From a virus, in the IMG/VR virus record IMGVR_UViG_3300008267_007212: 64,000 bases of DNA; one strand, 5' to 3'. Below are positions 62,116 through 64,000 of the stretch, piece by piece (position 1 is the first letter of the stretch; every line of letters starts with the position of its first letter). Below the pieces are notes generated by a model. It ran no database searches, was not told where the DNA came from, and saw nothing but the letters and a program-made list of their open reading frames with translations. The position numbers were made by a program, and so were the translations under genes.

Positions 62116-64000
62116 ATGGCAAAACTCTTATCAGGTACAAGAATATACGGAAATGCAACAGTTGACACCAATTTGGTGATTAATGGCAATACTGTATCTA
62201 CTAATACCAGTACAGGTGCGTTAACTGTATCTGGCGGTGTTGGTATTGCTGGCAATTTAAATGCAGGCAATGCCGCAGTCACATCTATTTCAACTGATAA
62301 TTATTTTTACGCAAATGGAGCTCAATTTGGTAAGCCGCAGGCATTTACTGCAAATACAGTGCCTCCAGTTTCAGGTAATGTGCCTGGGGATCAATGGTTT
62401 GATACTACAAGCAATGTTGTATATGAATATCAATTTGATGGTATTAGCTATTACTGGGTAGATGTAACAGGACCTGCATTTGGTTATACCGAAGGCACGG
62501 GCGGAGTTGGCTCAGCTAATATTGCTGTTAAAAATAATGGATCTTTGCTGACCAGCACAGTATCTAGTTTTGATTTTTCAGGATCTGGCGTAACCGCAAC
62601 AGTGGACGGAACTGAAGTAACAGTTACTATCACTGGCTCAGCCAATGTTGATTTAGGTAATGTAACTCAAAATGTTATTCCATCTGCTAATGTAACTTAT
62701 GATTTAGGTAGTCCTACTAATCAGTGGAGAACTTTGTATGTAGCTGCAAACACCATTTATCTGGGAGATACTAGTTTAAGTGTGTCGGCTAACGGTTCTT
62801 TGTTAGTGGGAAATAGTTCAGTTGCTGGACCACAAGGACCACAAGGACCCAGTGGTGTAAGTAATGTACCTGGACCACAAGGTCCACAAGGAGTTATAGG
62901 ATCACAAGGTCCACAAGGTCCACAAGGCCCACAGGGACCAATTGGAGACCTTGGAGATACTGGTGTACAAGGACCACAAGGACCGCAAGGTAACGCAGGA
63001 GGACCACAAGGACCACAAGGTCCTCGGGGACCACAAGGGCCTCAAGGAATAGGAACTCAAGGACCACAGGGACCCACAGGTCCAATTGGACCTTTAGGAG
63101 ATATAGGGCCACAAGGTCCAGCTGGAGGACCACAAGGACCACAGGGTCCAATCGGAACACAAGGACCACAAGGTCCTACAGGTATAGGAGTTCAAGGACC
63201 TACAGGACCAGCTGGAGATTTTGGCCCACAAGGTGATCCCGGACCACGCGGTCCGCAAGGTCCGCAAGGTCCGCAAGGTCCGCAAGGTGATATTGGACCA
63301 GGAGGTGGCCCACAAGGACCACAAGGACCACAAGGTGTAACTGGACCACAAGGACCTACAGGACTGCAAGGACCCACAGGCCCAATTGGTAATTCTGGAG
63401 TACAAGGTCCACAAGGACCTAGCGGTGAAGGACCACAGGGACCACAGGGACCACAAGGAGAAACGGGTTTACAAGGACCACAAGGTCCACAGGGAACAGG
63501 CCCGCAAGGTCCGCAAGGTCCTAGCGGTGTAAGTAATGTACCTGGTCCACAAGGACCACAAGGACCACAAGGAGCAATAGGTCCAGGCGGCGGACCACAG
63601 GGAGCTCAGGGACCACAAGGGCCACAAGGGCCACAAGGAGAAACGGGTTTACAAGGACCACAAGGAAATGCAGGAGGACCGCAAGGACCGCAAGGACCGC
63701 AAGGACCGCAAGGACCAACTGGTCCACAAGGCCCCAGTGGAATAGGCACACAAGGTCCACAAGGTCCAATTGGTAATACAGGTCCACAAGGTCCACAAGG
63801 TCCTAGCGGTCCAGCTGGCGGCGAGGGATACACACTGACGGGTACTACATCCAACGCTGTTGAAACAGAAATATTTCTTAACGGTCAAGCAAACAATAGA
63901 ATACCTGTTCCGTTAGATAAAACGATATATTATACGGCTGATGTGGTGTGCAGAAGAACAGATACTTCTGGCGACCATGGTGCTTTTTTAATAAAAGGTG
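62116..64000 (+). CDS. Second collagen-like fibre protein, truncated by the window end (absent from ORF track)
   Basis: [12 protein letters not shown]...[15 protein letters not shown]...GDQWFD...[14 protein letters not shown]..., then GPQ repeats at ~62827-63820; AATAAATA at 62103-62110. Confidence 0.85.
   Translation, partial: MAKLLSGTRIYGNATVDTNLVINGNTVSTNTSTGALTVSGGVGIAGNLNAGNAAVTSISTDNYFYANGAQFGKPQAFTANTVPPVSGNVPGDQWFDTTSNVVYEYQFDGISYYWVDVTGPAFGYTEGTGGVGSANIAVKNNGSLLTSTVSSFDFSGSGVTATVDGTEVTVTITGSANVDLGNVTQNVIPSANVTYDLGSPTNQWRTLYVAANTIYLGDTSLSVSANGSLLVGNSSVAGPQGPQGPSGVSNVPGPQGPQGVIGSQGPQGPQGPQGPIGDLGDTGVQGPQGPQGNAGGPQGPQGPRGPQGPQGIGTQGPQGPTGPIGPLGDIGPQGPAGGPQGPQGPIGTQGPQGPTGIGVQGPTGPAGDFGPQGDPGPRGPQGPQGPQGPQGDIGPGGGPQGPQGPQGVTGPQGPTGLQGPTGPIGNSGVQGPQGPSGEGPQGPQGPQGETGLQGPQGPQGTGPQGPQGPSGVSNVPGPQGPQGPQGAIGPGGGPQGAQGPQGPQGPQGETGLQGPQGNAGGPQGPQGPQGPQGPTGPQGPSGIGTQGPQGPIGNTGPQGPQGPSGPAGGEGYTLTGTTSNAVETEIFLNGQANNRIPVPLDKTIYYTADVVCRRTDTSGDHGAFLIKG

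Noticed and set aside
1-64000. Stop-codon reassignment, introns/inteins in core genes, tRNA genes
   Set aside because: Core genes are full length under the standard code, with TAA, TAG and TGA all used as stops; no intein motifs or tRNA cloverleafs were recognised by eye

Overview
This window comes from a large, AT-rich, T4-like (Tevenvirinae-type core genes) myovirus, and nearly all of it is the virion morphogenesis region. On the minus strand (1-31340) it carries an SGNH-hydrolase/glycosyltransferase cluster, fibre proteins, a 4673-aa baseplate-associated giant protein and gp6-, gp25-, gp5-, gp27-, gp53- and gp48/54-like baseplate genes. On the plus strand (31452-38196) lie the gp55 late sigma factor, gp47/gp46, two paralogous inserted ORFs, a radical SAM gene and a GIY-YIG gene. 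These are followed by a ~430-nt densely structured non-coding element and a gp26-like gene with a candidate -1 frameshift. After that come a tape-measure-like gene, the head module (gp20-gp23), a free-standing HNH gene and a long array of fibre/collagen genes that runs off the right end. The best candidates for new biology are: (1) the structured non-coding element directly behind a minimal GIY-YIG nuclease, which could be an ncRNA/RNP or an ssDNA origin; (2) a lambda G/GT-type T-TTT-TTC -1 frameshift joining the gp26-like gene to the next ORF; (3) a putative virion glycosylation/modification system. All protein calls come from motif recognition and synteny; no database searches were run.
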